From Chloroflexota bacterium (GTDB taxonomy: Bacteria; Chloroflexota; Limnocylindria; Limnocylindrales; CSP1-4): a stretch of 47,100 bases of DNA. This document shows positions 17,696 through 27,597 of this stretch, piece after piece. Both the position numbers and the translations under genes were made by a program. Each line of letters begins with the position of its first letter. Positions within the stretch are counted from its first letter, which is position 1. Location: NCBI GenBank assembly GCA_031362295.1, contig JANLSG010000249.1:1-47100 (forward strand). Direction: 5' to 3'. The notes beneath the pieces are model-generated. The model ran no database searches, was not told where the DNA came from, and saw only the letters and a program-made list of their open reading frames with translations.

Positions 17696-19428
17696 CAGCC
17701 GCGGGCGAGGGCGTCGGCCATGCGACGGCCAGTCGTCACCGCGCCATCGCTGGCGGACGAAACGAGCGCGGCGTACTTGGCCATGACGCCACCGAGGTAG
17801 CGCGGCGCGGGTGCCTGCCAGCGGGTGCGCCGCTCGGCGAGCACGGCGTCCGGAACGTCCAGGTCCAGGCGCCGCGCCTCGACGTCGATGACGATCTGGT
17901 CGCCCTCCTCGACGAGGGCGATCGGGCCGCCGAGCGCGGCCTCCGGCGCGACGTGGCCGATCATCAGACCGTGCGTGCCGCCGGAGAACCGGCCGTCGGT
18001 CAGCAACGCGACCGACCCACCGAGACCCTCGCCGGCGAGCGCGGCGGTCACGCTGAGCATCTCCTGCATCCCGGGACCGCCGACCGGGCCTTCGTAGCGG
18101 ATGACGACGACGTCGCCGGCGACGATCTGCCGGTTCTTCACGGCCTCGAAGCAGGCAGTTTCCGAGTCGAACACACGCGCCGGGCCGCTGTGATGGAGGC
18201 GCTCGTGGCCCGCGAGCTTGACCACGCAGCCCTCGGGCGCGAGCGAGCCGCGCAGGATCGCGAGGCCGCCGGTGGGCTTCACCGGGTCATCGATCGAGTG
18301 GATGACCAGCTGACCGGGCGTTTCCTTCGCGTCCGCCGCGATCTTCGCCAGCGTCCGGCCGTCGACGTTCTTCTCGTCGCCGTGGAGCAGGCCGTCGCGT
18401 TTCAGCAGTTCGCGCATGACCAGCGAGATCCCGCCCGCGTCGTACAGGTCCGAGGCCGTATACCGGCCGCCGGGCGTCATGTCGGCCACGATCGGCGTGC
18501 GCGTGGAGATCGTGTCGAACTCGTCGATCGTCAGCGGGATGCCCATCTCGTGGGCAAGCGCCAGGAGGTGCAGGACGCCGTTCGTGGAGCCGCCGGTGGC
18601 GGCAATGGCGGCGATCGCATTTTCGATCGCGGGTCGGGTCACGATGTGCGACGGCCTGACGTCGTGGCGGACCAGGGTCATGGCCAGCTCGCCGGCCGAG
18701 CGCGCGGCCGCGTCCTTGTCCGGATCCTCGGCCGGGATGCCGTTGAGCCCGGCGGGCGAGAGGCCGAGGAACTCCATGACCATCGACATCGTATTCGCCG
18801 TGAACTGTCCGCCGCACGCGCCCGCGCCGGGGCACGCCGCGCTCTCGATCTCGTACAGCTCCTCGAGGCTCATCTTGCCCGCGCGATACGCCCCGACCGC
18901 CTCGAAAACGGAAACGATCGTCAGGTCGCGGCCCTTGTAGTGGCCCGGGTAGATCGTGCCGTTGTAGAGGATCAGGCCGGGGACATCGAGGCGGGCCATC
19001 GCCATTGCCGCGCCGGGAATCGTCTTGTCGCAGCCCACCAGGCAGACGACCCCATCGAGGAGGTGGCCGCGCACGACGAGCTCGATCGAGTCGGCGATGA
19101 CCTCGCGGCTGACGAGGCTCGCCTTCATGCCCTCGGTGCCCATCGAGACGCCGTCGGAGACCGCGATCGTGTTGAACTCCATCGGCGTCCCGCCGCCGGC
19201 CCGGATGCCCTCCTTCACGAACTCGGCGAGGCGCCGCTGGTTGTACGTGCAGGGCATTGTCTCGATCCACGTCGTGGCGACGCCGACCAGAGGGCGCGCG
19301 AGGTCGTCATCGGTGAAGCCGATGGCCTTCAGCATCGACCGCGCGGGGGCGCGATCCGGCCCGTCGGTCAGGGCATGGGAGTGGCGCTTGGCCCCATCGG
19401 TGGGTCGTCCGTAGGGGAGATTGCTCAT
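17695..19428 (-). CDS. ilvD: Dihydroxy-acid dehydratase
   Basis: [70 protein letters not shown]. Confidence 0.96.
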   Translation of the reverse strand: MSNLPYGRPTDGAKRHSHALTDGPDRAPARSMLKAIGFTDDDLARPLVGVATTWIETMPCTYNQRRLAEFVKEGIRAGGGTPMEFNTIAVSDGVSMGTEGMKASLVSREVIADSIELVVRGHLLDGVVCLVGCDKTIPGAAMAMARLDVPGLILYNGTIYPGHYKGRDLTIVSVFEAVGAYRAGKMSLEELYEIESAACPGAGACGGQFTANTMSMVMEFLGLSPAGLNGIPAEDPDKDAAARSAGELAMTLVRHDVRPSHIVTRPAIENAIAAIAATGGSTNGVLHLLALAHEMGIPLTIDEFDTISTRTPIVADMTPGGRYTASDLYDAGGISLVMRELLKRDGLLHGDEKNVDGRTLAKIAADAKETPGQLVIHSIDDPVKPTGGLAILRGSLAPEGCVVKLAGHERLHHSGPARVFDSETACFEAVKNRQIVAGDVVVIRYEGPVGGPGMQEMLSVTAALAGEGLGGSVALLTDGRFSGGTHGLMIGHVAPEAALGGPIALVEEGDQIVIDVEARRLDLDVPDAVLAERRTRWQAPAPRYLGGVMAKYAALVSSASDGAVTTGRRMADALARG

Positions 19429-19440
19429 GACGCCGCCAGT

Positions 19441-21141
19441 TTAGGCGCCGCCGCTCGCCACGCCGCTCGCCACGCCGCTCGCCTCGCCGCTCGCGGCGCC
19501 GCGGCGCAGGTTGGCGGCGGCGATTCGCTCGGTCGTCGCGGCCGCCGCCGGCCCGGAGACCGCGGCGACGAATGCCGAGCAGGAGATGGCGTACGCAGTC
19601 ACCGGAGTGAGCGCGGTCACGGTTGCGGTGCGTGGCGACCTGCGGAGCAGCGAGATCTCGCCCAGGCCGGCGCCGTGGCCCAGGCGCTGCATCGGCTTGC
19701 CCGCCGCGCTGACCTGGACCTCGCCCGTGTCGATGACGACGAATCGGTCGCCCGCGTCCCCCTCGCGCATGATCGTGGCCCCGGGGTCGAACCACAGCGG
19801 CTCCAGGGCGCTGGCCAGCCGCTCGAATGCCGTCAGTGGCAGGTCCGCGAACACCTGCACTTCTCGCAGGAGTTGGAGGGTGGGCTCGTCGACCACGCTG
19901 AGCTTGTCGTTGCGCCCGATTCGCGCATAGATGACGAGCGCCATGATCGGCAGGACCGCGCCCGTGATCCCGAGCGCACCGCGGATGCCGAACGCCCCAA
20001 GCAGCACCGGGGCGAGCAGGCTGCCGGTCACCGCGCCCGCGCCCACGACGCCCTCGAACACCGAGAACACCGGTGCCCGCTCGTCGTTGGCCGTGCCGCG
20101 CTGGAAGACCGTGAACAGCGCCACGTCGAACACCGCGTTCGCCACCCCGATGACGACCATCGCCACGATTGCGACCCCGGGCAGCGGTATGAGGCCGATC
20201 ACGGCAATCGGGGCGCCCCAGTACGCGAGGGCGGCGGCGCCGGTCCGAATGAGCCGGTCCGATCGGGTCAGGCTTATCGCGAAGATCGCGCCGATGAGCC
20301 CGCCGAATCCCAGCGCTGCGTTGAGCAGCCCAACGCCCGCCTCGCCGATGAGCAGGAGCTCGATCGCGGCCACCACGACCAGTGGGGCGAGCAGGAAGCG
20401 CGTCAGGACCTGGCTGTAGACCGCGAGCATCGTCCAGCCGACGACCGGCCGGCGGCGCATGGTTCGGATGCCGTCCAGGAGTCGGAGGCCGCCGCCGGCC
20501 TCGCCGGCGCCGCCGGTCGCGTCGCCGGCGTTCTCGAAGCGCAGCCGGGCGATGAAGATCGCGGAGGCGAGGAAGGTTGCTGCCGCGACAACGGCCGCGA
20601 GCTCCGCGCGCCCGGCGGCGACGAGCAGGCCCGTCACGAACGGCCCGACCATACTGCCCAGCCCCTCGCCGGTGCTCCACGCCATGTTCGCGGCCACGAG
20701 CTCCGCCGGGCTGCGGGCGACGGCCGGCATCAGGGTTGCCAGCGTGGGGCGCACCGGCGCGCCGGCCGCCGCGACGACCGCGGCGAGCACCGTGAGCCAG
20801 ATGACGGGGGCGTTCGTGGCGATCACGACCGCGCACAGGGCCGCGGCGCCGGCACGGATCAGGCCCATCGTGAGCAGCACGCGCTCCGCGCGGAAGCGCT
20901 CCAGCGTCGCGCCCGAGAGCATCCCGGAGATCACCGCGGGGACCATCCGCGCCGCCCCGAGGACGCCGGCCGCGACGACACCGTCGCGCAGATAGACGAC
21001 GACGAGCAGCACCAGGAGTAGCCCGGTGTCGGCCGCGATGCCGAGCGCCCACGAGGCCTCCAGGCGGCGGATCCCCTCGTTCGACATCGCTGCGCGCCGC
21101 GAGCCGGCGAGCGATCGGAACGGACTGGTCAACCCCCGCAT
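19441..21141 (-). CDS. Second MFS transporter fused to a cNMP-binding domain
   Basis: Multi-TM MFS body plus IMREGDAGDRF...GLGEISLL...RTATV. Start inferred at ATG 21141 (alternative 21171). Confidence 0.88.
   Translation of the reverse strand: MRGLTSPFRSLAGSRRAAMSNEGIRRLEASWALGIAADTGLLLVLLVVVYLRDGVVAAGVLGAARMVPAVISGMLSGATLERFRAERVLLTMGLIRAGAAALCAVVIATNAPVIWLTVLAAVVAAAGAPVRPTLATLMPAVARSPAELVAANMAWSTGEGLGSMVGPFVTGLLVAAGRAELAAVVAAATFLASAIFIARLRFENAGDATGGAGEAGGGLRLLDGIRTMRRRPVVGWTMLAVYSQVLTRFLLAPLVVVAAIELLLIGEAGVGLLNAALGFGGLIGAIFAISLTRSDRLIRTGAAALAYWGAPIAVIGLIPLPGVAIVAMVVIGVANAVFDVALFTVFQRGTANDERAPVFSVFEGVVGAGAVTGSLLAPVLLGAFGIRGALGITGAVLPIMALVIYARIGRNDKLSVVDEPTLQLLREVQVFADLPLTAFERLASALEPLWFDPGATIMREGDAGDRFVVIDTGEVQVSAAGKPMQRLGHGAGLGEISLLRRSPRTATVTALTPVTAYAISCSAFVAAVSGPAAAATTERIAAANLRRGAASGEASGVASGVASGGA
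19450..19497. repeat. 12-bp tandem repeat x4 (GCCGCTCGCCAC), coding
   Basis: Encodes the ASGE/ASGV/ASGV/ASGG tail of the MFS-cNMP protein. Confidence 0.85.
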
Positions 21142-21186
21142 CGCCGCGAAGGATCGCACGCGGAGACGCATCGCTATGCTCTCGCG

Positions 21187-21606
21187 GTGGACGACAAGGT
21201 GGCGCTCCTGCGCGCGATCCCGCTCTTCGCGGACCTCGATGAGCGCAGCCTCCAGGCTGTCGCGGTCCTCGCCCACGAGGTGTCGTTCAAGGGGGGCGAG
21301 GTCCTGATGCTCGAAGGCGAGCCGGGCGATACGTTCGAGGTGATCGTCGACGGGACCGTTCGCATCGATCGTGGCGACCGCGCGATCCGCTCGATGACCG
21401 CGGGCGGCTTCATCGGCGAGATCGCGCTGCTGGACCAGCGTGCGCGCACGGCCAGCGTCACCTGCGTGACGGACGTCCGCGCGCTCGAGATCCGTGCGCA
21501 CGAGTTCGAGCGACTGATGGATACGCTGCCCGCAGTCCATCGTCGCATCCGCGTCGCCGTGGATCGCCGCGCCCGCGCCCGCGGCCGCGACTGGGACGCC
21601 GTCTAG
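21187..21606 (+). CDS. Stand-alone cyclic-nucleotide-binding domain protein
   Basis: LRAIPLFADL, EGEPGD, FIGEIALLD..RTASV. No CRP-type HTH. Confidence 0.9.
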   Translation: MDDKVALLRAIPLFADLDERSLQAVAVLAHEVSFKGGEVLMLEGEPGDTFEVIVDGTVRIDRGDRAIRSMTAGGFIGEIALLDQRARTASVTCVTDVRALEIRAHEFERLMDTLPAVHRRIRVAVDRRARARGRDWDAV

Positions 21607-21612
21607 GCTCCG

Positions 21613-23322
21613 TCAGGCCTCGGGGGCGAGCTCCGAGATCCACCCCTCGACGCGACCCCGGAGCGCCGGCAGGCTGATCGCGCCGGCACCGAGCACCGTG
21701 TCGTGGAATGCCCTGATGTCGAACCTCGCGCCGAGCCGCGCCTTTGCCTCCGCGCGCAGCCGGAGGATCTCCATCTGGCCGGTCTTGTAGGCGAGCGCCT
21801 GGCCCGGCCAGACGATGTACCGATCCACCTCGTTCACGATGTTGTTCTCGCCGAGGGCGCTGTGTGCCTTCAGGAAGTCGATCGCCTGCTGGCGCGTCCA
21901 GCCGAGCGCGTGCATGCCTGTGTCCACGACGAGCCGGCCGGCGCGCCAGGCGTCGAACGACAGGATCCCGAAGCGATCCATGTCGGAGCTGTACAGGCCC
22001 ATCTCGTCCGAGAGGCGCTCCGTGTACAGGCCCCAGCCCTCCGCGAAGGCAGTGGAGCCGAGCATCCGCTGGAATGCGGGCAGGCCCTCCAGCTCCTGTG
22101 CGATCGCGATCTGGAGGTGGTGGCCTGGGACGGCCTCGTGGAATGCCAGCGCCTCGGCTTCGTAGCGGGGCCGCGTCTCCGGCGCGTACAGATTGATGTA
22201 GTACCGACCGGGGCGGCTGCCGTCCATCGCGGGCCACGAGTAGTACGCGATCGTCTGGTGGACCTCGGAGTGGCTGGGTACCGGCACCACCACGCACGCG
22301 GCGCCCGGAACCCGCCCGAACCAGTCCGTCACCGCCGCCGTCGCGCGAGCGAGCGAGCGTTTCGCCGAGGCGAAGACCTCGTCGGCGGTCTCGAAGTGGA
22401 GCTTGGGGTCGTCGCGGAGCGCGGCCAGGGTGGAGTCGAGGTCCTTCGTCCCCAGGACGCGGCCGCCGAGCTCCACGAACTCCGCGTCGATGCGGGCGAT
22501 CTCCGCGAGGCCCGTCCCGTGGACCTCCTCGGGCGTCAGGTCCAAGGTCGTGTGGACGCGGATGCAGTCGCGGTACGCCTCCGCGCCGCCGGGCAGGTGG
22601 ACCAGGCCCGGCTTGTCCTCCCCGCGGGCGAGCGGCAGCACGGCCCGCTCCAGCGTCTCGCGGTAGCGGCGGAACCCTGGAATGGCCACATCGCGCACCG
22701 CGCCATCGATCGCCTCGCGGAACCGGCGGAGGTCCGCCTCTGACCAGTCGGCGTGCTCCGCCGACGCGGGCCCGGCCAGCTTCCACTCCCCGGGCGGCAT
22801 CGCCTCGAGGTGGATCAGCACGTCAAGGACGCGCTCGACAGGCTTGTTCACCGCCACGTACCCGTCGGCCGCCGATTCGCGCAGGTTCGCGCCCATCTGG
22901 TCGAGGTAGCGCCCGATGCCGCGCCAGCGTTCCACGAGCGCCGCGCCGTCCGCGGGCGTCTGGATCGTCTGGTAGTCGGCCAGGTCGAGGAGGCTGACCG
23001 TCGGGCCGCCGAGCGGGTCCACGGTCCATTCGTGCATCCGCGTTCGGAGGGCGATGGCATTGCCGGCGCTCTCGTCGATCAGCATCTGGCGCGTGACCCG
23101 CTCCATTGAAGAGAGGCCGTCCGCGGGGATCGCGGCGGCATCCGAAGCCACACCGTCGAGCCACCGAATCCGCGTCTCGACGGCCGCCGGCGAGACCTCT
23201 TCCAGCCGATCGTCGAAGCGGCGATCCCCGATCACCGTCGCCCACGTCGGATAGGCCGCGAGGAAGCCTTCCCAGAACTGGTCGGAAAGCGCGCGGAGCG
23301 CCTCGCCCGAGGCCGTCATCAC
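21613..23322 (-). CDS. DUF885 family protein (putative metallopeptidase)
   Basis: HEAVPGHHLQ, AFAEGWGLYTE, RLVVDTGMH, EVDRY..PGQALAYK. Confidence 0.92.
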   Translation of the reverse strand: MMTASGEALRALSDQFWEGFLAAYPTWATVIGDRRFDDRLEEVSPAAVETRIRWLDGVASDAAAIPADGLSSMERVTRQMLIDESAGNAIALRTRMHEWTVDPLGGPTVSLLDLADYQTIQTPADGAALVERWRGIGRYLDQMGANLRESAADGYVAVNKPVERVLDVLIHLEAMPPGEWKLAGPASAEHADWSEADLRRFREAIDGAVRDVAIPGFRRYRETLERAVLPLARGEDKPGLVHLPGGAEAYRDCIRVHTTLDLTPEEVHGTGLAEIARIDAEFVELGGRVLGTKDLDSTLAALRDDPKLHFETADEVFASAKRSLARATAAVTDWFGRVPGAACVVVPVPSHSEVHQTIAYYSWPAMDGSRPGRYYINLYAPETRPRYEAEALAFHEAVPGHHLQIAIAQELEGLPAFQRMLGSTAFAEGWGLYTERLSDEMGLYSSDMDRFGILSFDAWRAGRLVVDTGMHALGWTRQQAIDFLKAHSALGENNIVNEVDRYIVWPGQALAYKTGQMEILRLRAEAKARLGARFDIRAFHDTVLGAGAISLPALRGRVEGWISELAPEA

Positions 23323-23349
23323 CGACGGGATGCTAACGGCTGCGCACGG

Positions 23350-24525
23350 CTAGTGGACGCACGGTCCCGTCGAGACGCCCTGGAAGCTGCCGAGCGCCGG
23401 CGCGACTCGATCCAGCACCTCGGACGGCGAGAGCGCGTAGCCGACCGCCGGGTCCACCTTCGACTGCGCGAAGACGACGCCGCCCACCGTCCCATCCTGG
23501 AGCACGAACGGCCCGCCGCTGTCGCCGGGGATGACCCGTGCCCGCAGCTCGATGATCCGGCGGGTGACGCGCGACGCCCCGGTCACGTCGAGGCCGGTCG
23601 CGTTGTACGTCGCTGCCACGGTCGCCCGCTCCACGGTCTTGTTGCCGCCGCCGGGGTAGCCGAGGGTAGCCCCGATGGCGCCGCGGACCGGATCGGCAGT
23701 GGTGAAGCTCAGCGCCGGCGCCGTTACGCCCGGCGCGTACAGCAGCGCCACGTCCAGCGCCAGGTCGATGAGGACGGGCGTGGCGGTGAAGGATTCACCG
23801 GAGGTCTGGACGATCACGCTTCGCGCGCCGACGACGACGTGGGCGTTGGTGACGAGGTAGCGCGGCGCGATCACGAACGAGGTGCCGCTCGCCCGCTGGT
23901 CGCAGCCGTCGGCGATGACGCGCAGCACGGACGGCGCGGCGCGCTCACCGATCTGGCTGGCAACCGCGTCTGAAGGGAGGTCGATGTCCGGCGCCGGGAG
24001 TTGCTCCAGGCCGATGAACACGTTGCCGAGGCCGCTGTCATCGAGGATCTGCCCCAGGCCAAGAACGATCTCGGTTGGCGGCGGGAAGAACGTGTCGACG
24101 ATCCGGAGCGCGGTGGAGTTCTGGGCGATCTGGCTCATGGTCGGGAACGGCCCGGACGCGATCACCCCGCCCGCGAGCCACAGGATCAGGACGGCCTGGG
24201 CCGCGCCGACGACCGCCCCACTGACCTGGTCCAGCGCGCCGAGCAGCCCGGTCCCGAGCGCCCGCGACGCGGCCCGCCCGGCGGTGGCGCCGAGCGCCTC
24301 GCCCAGCCCCACAAGGCCCAGCAACACCGACAGCACGACGATCGCGCGGATCGCGGGGTTGAGGTCGTCAAGGAGTGGGGCGGCAGCGGGAAGGATCGTC
24401 AGGCCCGCGAGCGCGGCGACGGCGGCCCCGGCGAGGCCGAGCACCTGCGGGATCGCCCCGGAACGAATGCCCAGGATCACTGCGATCACGAGCAGCGCGA
24501 TCGCGAGCAGGTCCAACGGATTCAC
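23350..24525 (-). CDS. MarP-like membrane serine protease (CvpA N-terminus plus S1 trypsin domain)
   Basis: Four N-terminal TM helices. TNAHVV, DVALL, PGDSGGP triad. Cys pair. Confidence 0.9.
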   Translation of the reverse strand: MNPLDLLAIALLVIAVILGIRSGAIPQVLGLAGAAVAALAGLTILPAAAPLLDDLNPAIRAIVVLSVLLGLVGLGEALGATAGRAASRALGTGLLGALDQVSGAVVGAAQAVLILWLAGGVIASGPFPTMSQIAQNSTALRIVDTFFPPPTEIVLGLGQILDDSGLGNVFIGLEQLPAPDIDLPSDAVASQIGERAAPSVLRVIADGCDQRASGTSFVIAPRYLVTNAHVVVGARSVIVQTSGESFTATPVLIDLALDVALLYAPGVTAPALSFTTADPVRGAIGATLGYPGGGNKTVERATVAATYNATGLDVTGASRVTRRIIELRARVIPGDSGGPFVLQDGTVGGVVFAQSKVDPAVGYALSPSEVLDRVAPALGSFQGVSTGPCVH

Positions 24526-24616
24526 CGCAGGATCGTGACACAGCCAACCGCGGAGAGCCTCTCAGGGCACTGCTGCGGCGGCCTCCGCCGGCGCCAGCCG
24601 CGTTGCAGCTCCTCGG

Positions 24617-25225
24617 CTAGGGGACGTCCAGCGGGATCGCCGGGGCATCGCCCTCCGCGGAGATGGTCCACGTGCCGGCGGCGAGCTTGCCAAGGTCGAC
24701 GGCCGTGGCACTCAACTGGGCGATATCGATGCATGCGATGTCACCGGCGCCGGATCCCTCGATCACCTTGAGCCGGATGGTTTTCGCCGCTTCGTCGGCG
24801 ACGAGCTCCACGTGGTCGAGCGCGCTGCACGGCGCGACGCCGCTCCACCAGCGCAGGTCCGCGGTTGCCGTGCCGTCGGCGTTCATGACCGCCCGCACGA
24901 GCTGGACGTTGACGGTCCGCAGGTTGACGAGGCCCTTTGTGGGCTGGAGGTAGGTCGCCCCGCCGAAGAGCGGGTTGTCGTTCGCGCCGCCGCCCGGGAA
25001 GGGCGGAGGGACGGCGCCGCCACCGGTATTGCCACCGGAGCCACCGCCGCCCCCGGAGTTCGGGTCCGTGCCGCCGTTGCCACCATTGCCGGGATCGCCG
25101 GGCACGGGGGTCGGCGTTGGCCGCGGCGTTGCCACGACGCCGGGGGTGGGGCTTGGGGATGCGGCGCCCCCGCACGCGGCGACGACGAAGACGACAAGGA
25201 GGGCGAATGCCCGAAGGTTCAGCAT
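24617..25225 (-). CDS. Lipoprotein with Pro/Gly-rich linker
   Basis: Lipobox VAAC. Low-complexity linker. C-terminal domain with WWSGVAPC..ACIDIA. Confidence 0.85.
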   Translation of the reverse strand: MLNLRAFALLVVFVVAACGGAASPSPTPGVVATPRPTPTPVPGDPGNGGNGGTDPNSGGGGGSGGNTGGGAVPPPFPGGGANDNPLFGGATYLQPTKGLVNLRTVNVQLVRAVMNADGTATADLRWWSGVAPCSALDHVELVADEAAKTIRLKVIEGSGAGDIACIDIAQLSATAVDLGKLAAGTWTISAEGDAPAIPLDVP

Positions 25226-25250
25226 GGCCGCGAGACGCGCGCCCGCGGCG

Positions 25251-25877
25251 TCAGGTTCCGGCCTCGAGCCTCGTGTCCACCCGCGGTGCGTGCGTCCTCT
25301 CCCACGCCTCGATCTCAGCGGCCTTGCCGAGCAGGTAGCCCAGCTCGTCCGTGCCCTTCAGGAGCATCAGCTTCGAGAATGGGTCGACGTCGAACGGCAG
25401 GTCCTCGTCGCCGGGCAGGTGGACCACCTGCGACTCGAGATCGACGGTGAGCTCGGCGTCGGGCTCGCGCTCCAGCAGCTCGAACAGCTGGCGCTGCGTC
25501 TCGTGCGAGACGATGATCGGCAGCAGGCCGTTCTTGAGCGAGTTGCCCCGGAAGATGTCCGCGCAGCTGCTCGTGATGACGGCGCGGATGCCCCACGCCG
25601 CAAGCGCCCACGGTGCGTGTTCGCGCGACGAGCCACAGCCGAAGTTGTCACCCGCGAGGAGGATCTGGCGGCCGGCCATCTCCGGCTGGTCGAGCACGAA
25701 GGCGGGACTCTTGAGGGACCCGTCCGTCTCGAACCGCCAGTCGCGGAACAGCGCGTCGCCGAGGCCCTCCTTGTCGGTCACCTTCAGGAACCGCGCCGGC
25801 ACGATCTGGTCCGTGTCCACGTTCTCCGCGGGCAGCGGGATGACACGGCTCGTGAAGCTCGCGTACGGATCGGCCAT
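25251..25877 (-). CDS. leuD: 3-isopropylmalate dehydratase small subunit
   Basis: NVDTDQIVPARFL, NFGCGSSREHAPWAL. Confidence 0.97.
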   Translation of the reverse strand: MADPYASFTSRVIPLPAENVDTDQIVPARFLKVTDKEGLGDALFRDWRFETDGSLKSPAFVLDQPEMAGRQILLAGDNFGCGSSREHAPWALAAWGIRAVITSSCADIFRGNSLKNGLLPIIVSHETQRQLFELLEREPDAELTVDLESQVVHLPGDEDLPFDVDPFSKLMLLKGTDELGYLLGKAAEIEAWERTHAPRVDTRLEAGT

Positions 25878-25893
25878 CAGTGGCTCCCGATCA

Positions 25894-27345
25894 TCAGCGG
25901 CCGCCCACGGTGGCGAGGGACTCGATGCCCGGCAGGAGGCGAGGGTCGGCGATCACTCCGGCCACCGCGGAAGCGGCGGCCGTGAGCGGCGACGCGAGGA
26001 ACGTGCGGCCGCCCTTGCCCTGCCGTCCCTCGAAGTTCCGGTTCGACGTGCTCACCGCGTATTGGCCCGGCGAGAGCTGGTCGCCGTTCATCGCGATGCA
26101 CATGGAGCAGCCCGCCTCGCGCCAGTCGGCACCGGCGGCGCGGAAGATGTCGTGGAGGCCCTCGCGCTCGGCCTCGCGCTTCACCTCGTCGGAGCCGGGG
26201 ACGACCATCAGGCGCACGCCTTCCGCGATCCGGCGACCCTGGAGCGCCGCGGCGGCCAGCCGCAGGTCGCTGATCCGCCCGTTGGTGCACGAGCCGATGA
26301 ACACGACATCGACCTTCTGCCCGAGGATCGGCTGGCCCGGCTGGAGGTCCATGTATGCGAGAGCGGCCTCGATGGCCCGTCGGCCGGGTCCGTCTTCGGA
26401 GGCCTCAGGATCCGGCACGTTCGCCGAGATCGGCAGGCCCATCCCGGGGTTGGTGCCGTAGGTGATCATCGGTTCGAGGGCGGACGCGTCGATGTCGATG
26501 GAGCGGTCGAACGCCGCGCCGGGGTCGCTCGGGAGCGCGCGCCACCGATCCACCGCCGCGTCCCACTCGGCACCGTGCGGCGCGTGGGTCCGGCCGGCCA
26601 GATATTCGAACGTGGTGTCGTCGGGCGCGATCAGGCCCGCGCGAGCCCCGCCCTCGATCGACATGTTGCAGATCGTCATGCGCTGGTCCATCGACAGCGC
26701 CTCGATCGCGCCGCCGCGGTACTCGAAGACGTGGCCGGTGCCACCACCAACCCCGATCCGCGAGAGCAGGTTCAGGATCACATCCTTCGCGCTCACACCC
26801 GGCGCGAGCCGGCCATCGACGCGGACCTCGTACGTCTTCGGGCGCCGCTGGAGCAGGCACTGGGTCGCGAGGACCATCTCCACCTCGGACGTCCCGATCC
26901 CGAACGCCAGCGCGCCGAATGCCCCGTGGGTGCTCGTATGCGAGTCGCCACACACGATCGTCATGCCCGGCTGCGTGAGCCCGAGCTGCGGCCCGATGAC
27001 ATGGACGATGCCCTGACTCGGTGAGCCCAGGCCGTGCAGCGGGATGCCGAACTCGTCGCAGTTCGTCGTGAGCTGGTCCACCTGGGCCGCCGCCATCGCG
27101 TCGAGGATCGGAAGGTTGCGCGGCGTCGTCGGGACGGAGTGGTCCGCGGTCGCGACCGTCCGCTCCGGGTGCGCGACCTTCAGCCCTCGCCGCCGCAGGC
27201 CCGTGAACGCCTGCGGGCTGGTCACCTCGTGGACAAGGTGCAGGTCGATCGCCAGCACGCTCGGGGCGCCCTTCCCCTCGACGACGACATGGTCGTCCCA
27301 GATCTTCTCGACAAGCGTCCGCCGTTGGTCCGTGCTGGTGTCCAT
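25894..27345 (-). CDS. leuC: 3-isopropylmalate dehydratase large subunit
   Basis: [56 protein letters not shown] at 27345 lies 9 nt after CAGAAT. Confidence 0.97.
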   Translation of the reverse strand: MDTSTDQRRTLVEKIWDDHVVVEGKGAPSVLAIDLHLVHEVTSPQAFTGLRRRGLKVAHPERTVATADHSVPTTPRNLPILDAMAAAQVDQLTTNCDEFGIPLHGLGSPSQGIVHVIGPQLGLTQPGMTIVCGDSHTSTHGAFGALAFGIGTSEVEMVLATQCLLQRRPKTYEVRVDGRLAPGVSAKDVILNLLSRIGVGGGTGHVFEYRGGAIEALSMDQRMTICNMSIEGGARAGLIAPDDTTFEYLAGRTHAPHGAEWDAAVDRWRALPSDPGAAFDRSIDIDASALEPMITYGTNPGMGLPISANVPDPEASEDGPGRRAIEAALAYMDLQPGQPILGQKVDVVFIGSCTNGRISDLRLAAAALQGRRIAEGVRLMVVPGSDEVKREAEREGLHDIFRAAGADWREAGCSMCIAMNGDQLSPGQYAVSTSNRNFEGRQGKGGRTFLASPLTAAASAVAGVIADPRLLPGIESLATVGGR

Positions 27346-27529
27346 GTGGGGCGCATTCTGCCCGACGGCGGCAGATCCTCCACGCACCGATGGTCTCGAG
27401 GCGCCTGCGACGACTCTCGCGAAGCGGGCTACGAGCCCTTTCTTTCGTGACGCAAGTGTCGCAGCTGGGGCTGCCGGCCCATTCCGCGACGCAATGGCCG
27501 CAAGTTTGGCCGCCGAAAGCGTTGCGGCA

Positions 27530-27585
27530 ATGGCTGACAGCCCACACGGCCACGGTTCTGCCACGAAATCGATGGCTGACAGCCC
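27530..27585. repeat. 14-bp direct repeat ATGGCTGACAGCCC x2 (internally palindromic GGCTG-A-CAGCC), 42-bp period
   Basis: Exact copies at 27530-27543 and 27572-27585. Confidence 0.8.
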
Positions 27586-27597
27586 TCGGCCCGCATC

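Noticed and set aside
19450-19497. Phase-variable repeat
   Set aside because: The unit is 12 bp (frame-preserving) at the extreme C-terminus, so it would only change tail length.
17623-21021. 1132-aa plus-strand ORF, and similar long ORFs (3846..6086, 6126..7805, 25351..27024, 43628..45817)
   Set aside because: Antisense shadows of clear genes in GC-rich DNA, with no recognisable motifs.
27530-27585. CRISPR mini-array
   Set aside because: Only two 14-bp repeats and no cas genes. Kept only as an unexplained repeat.
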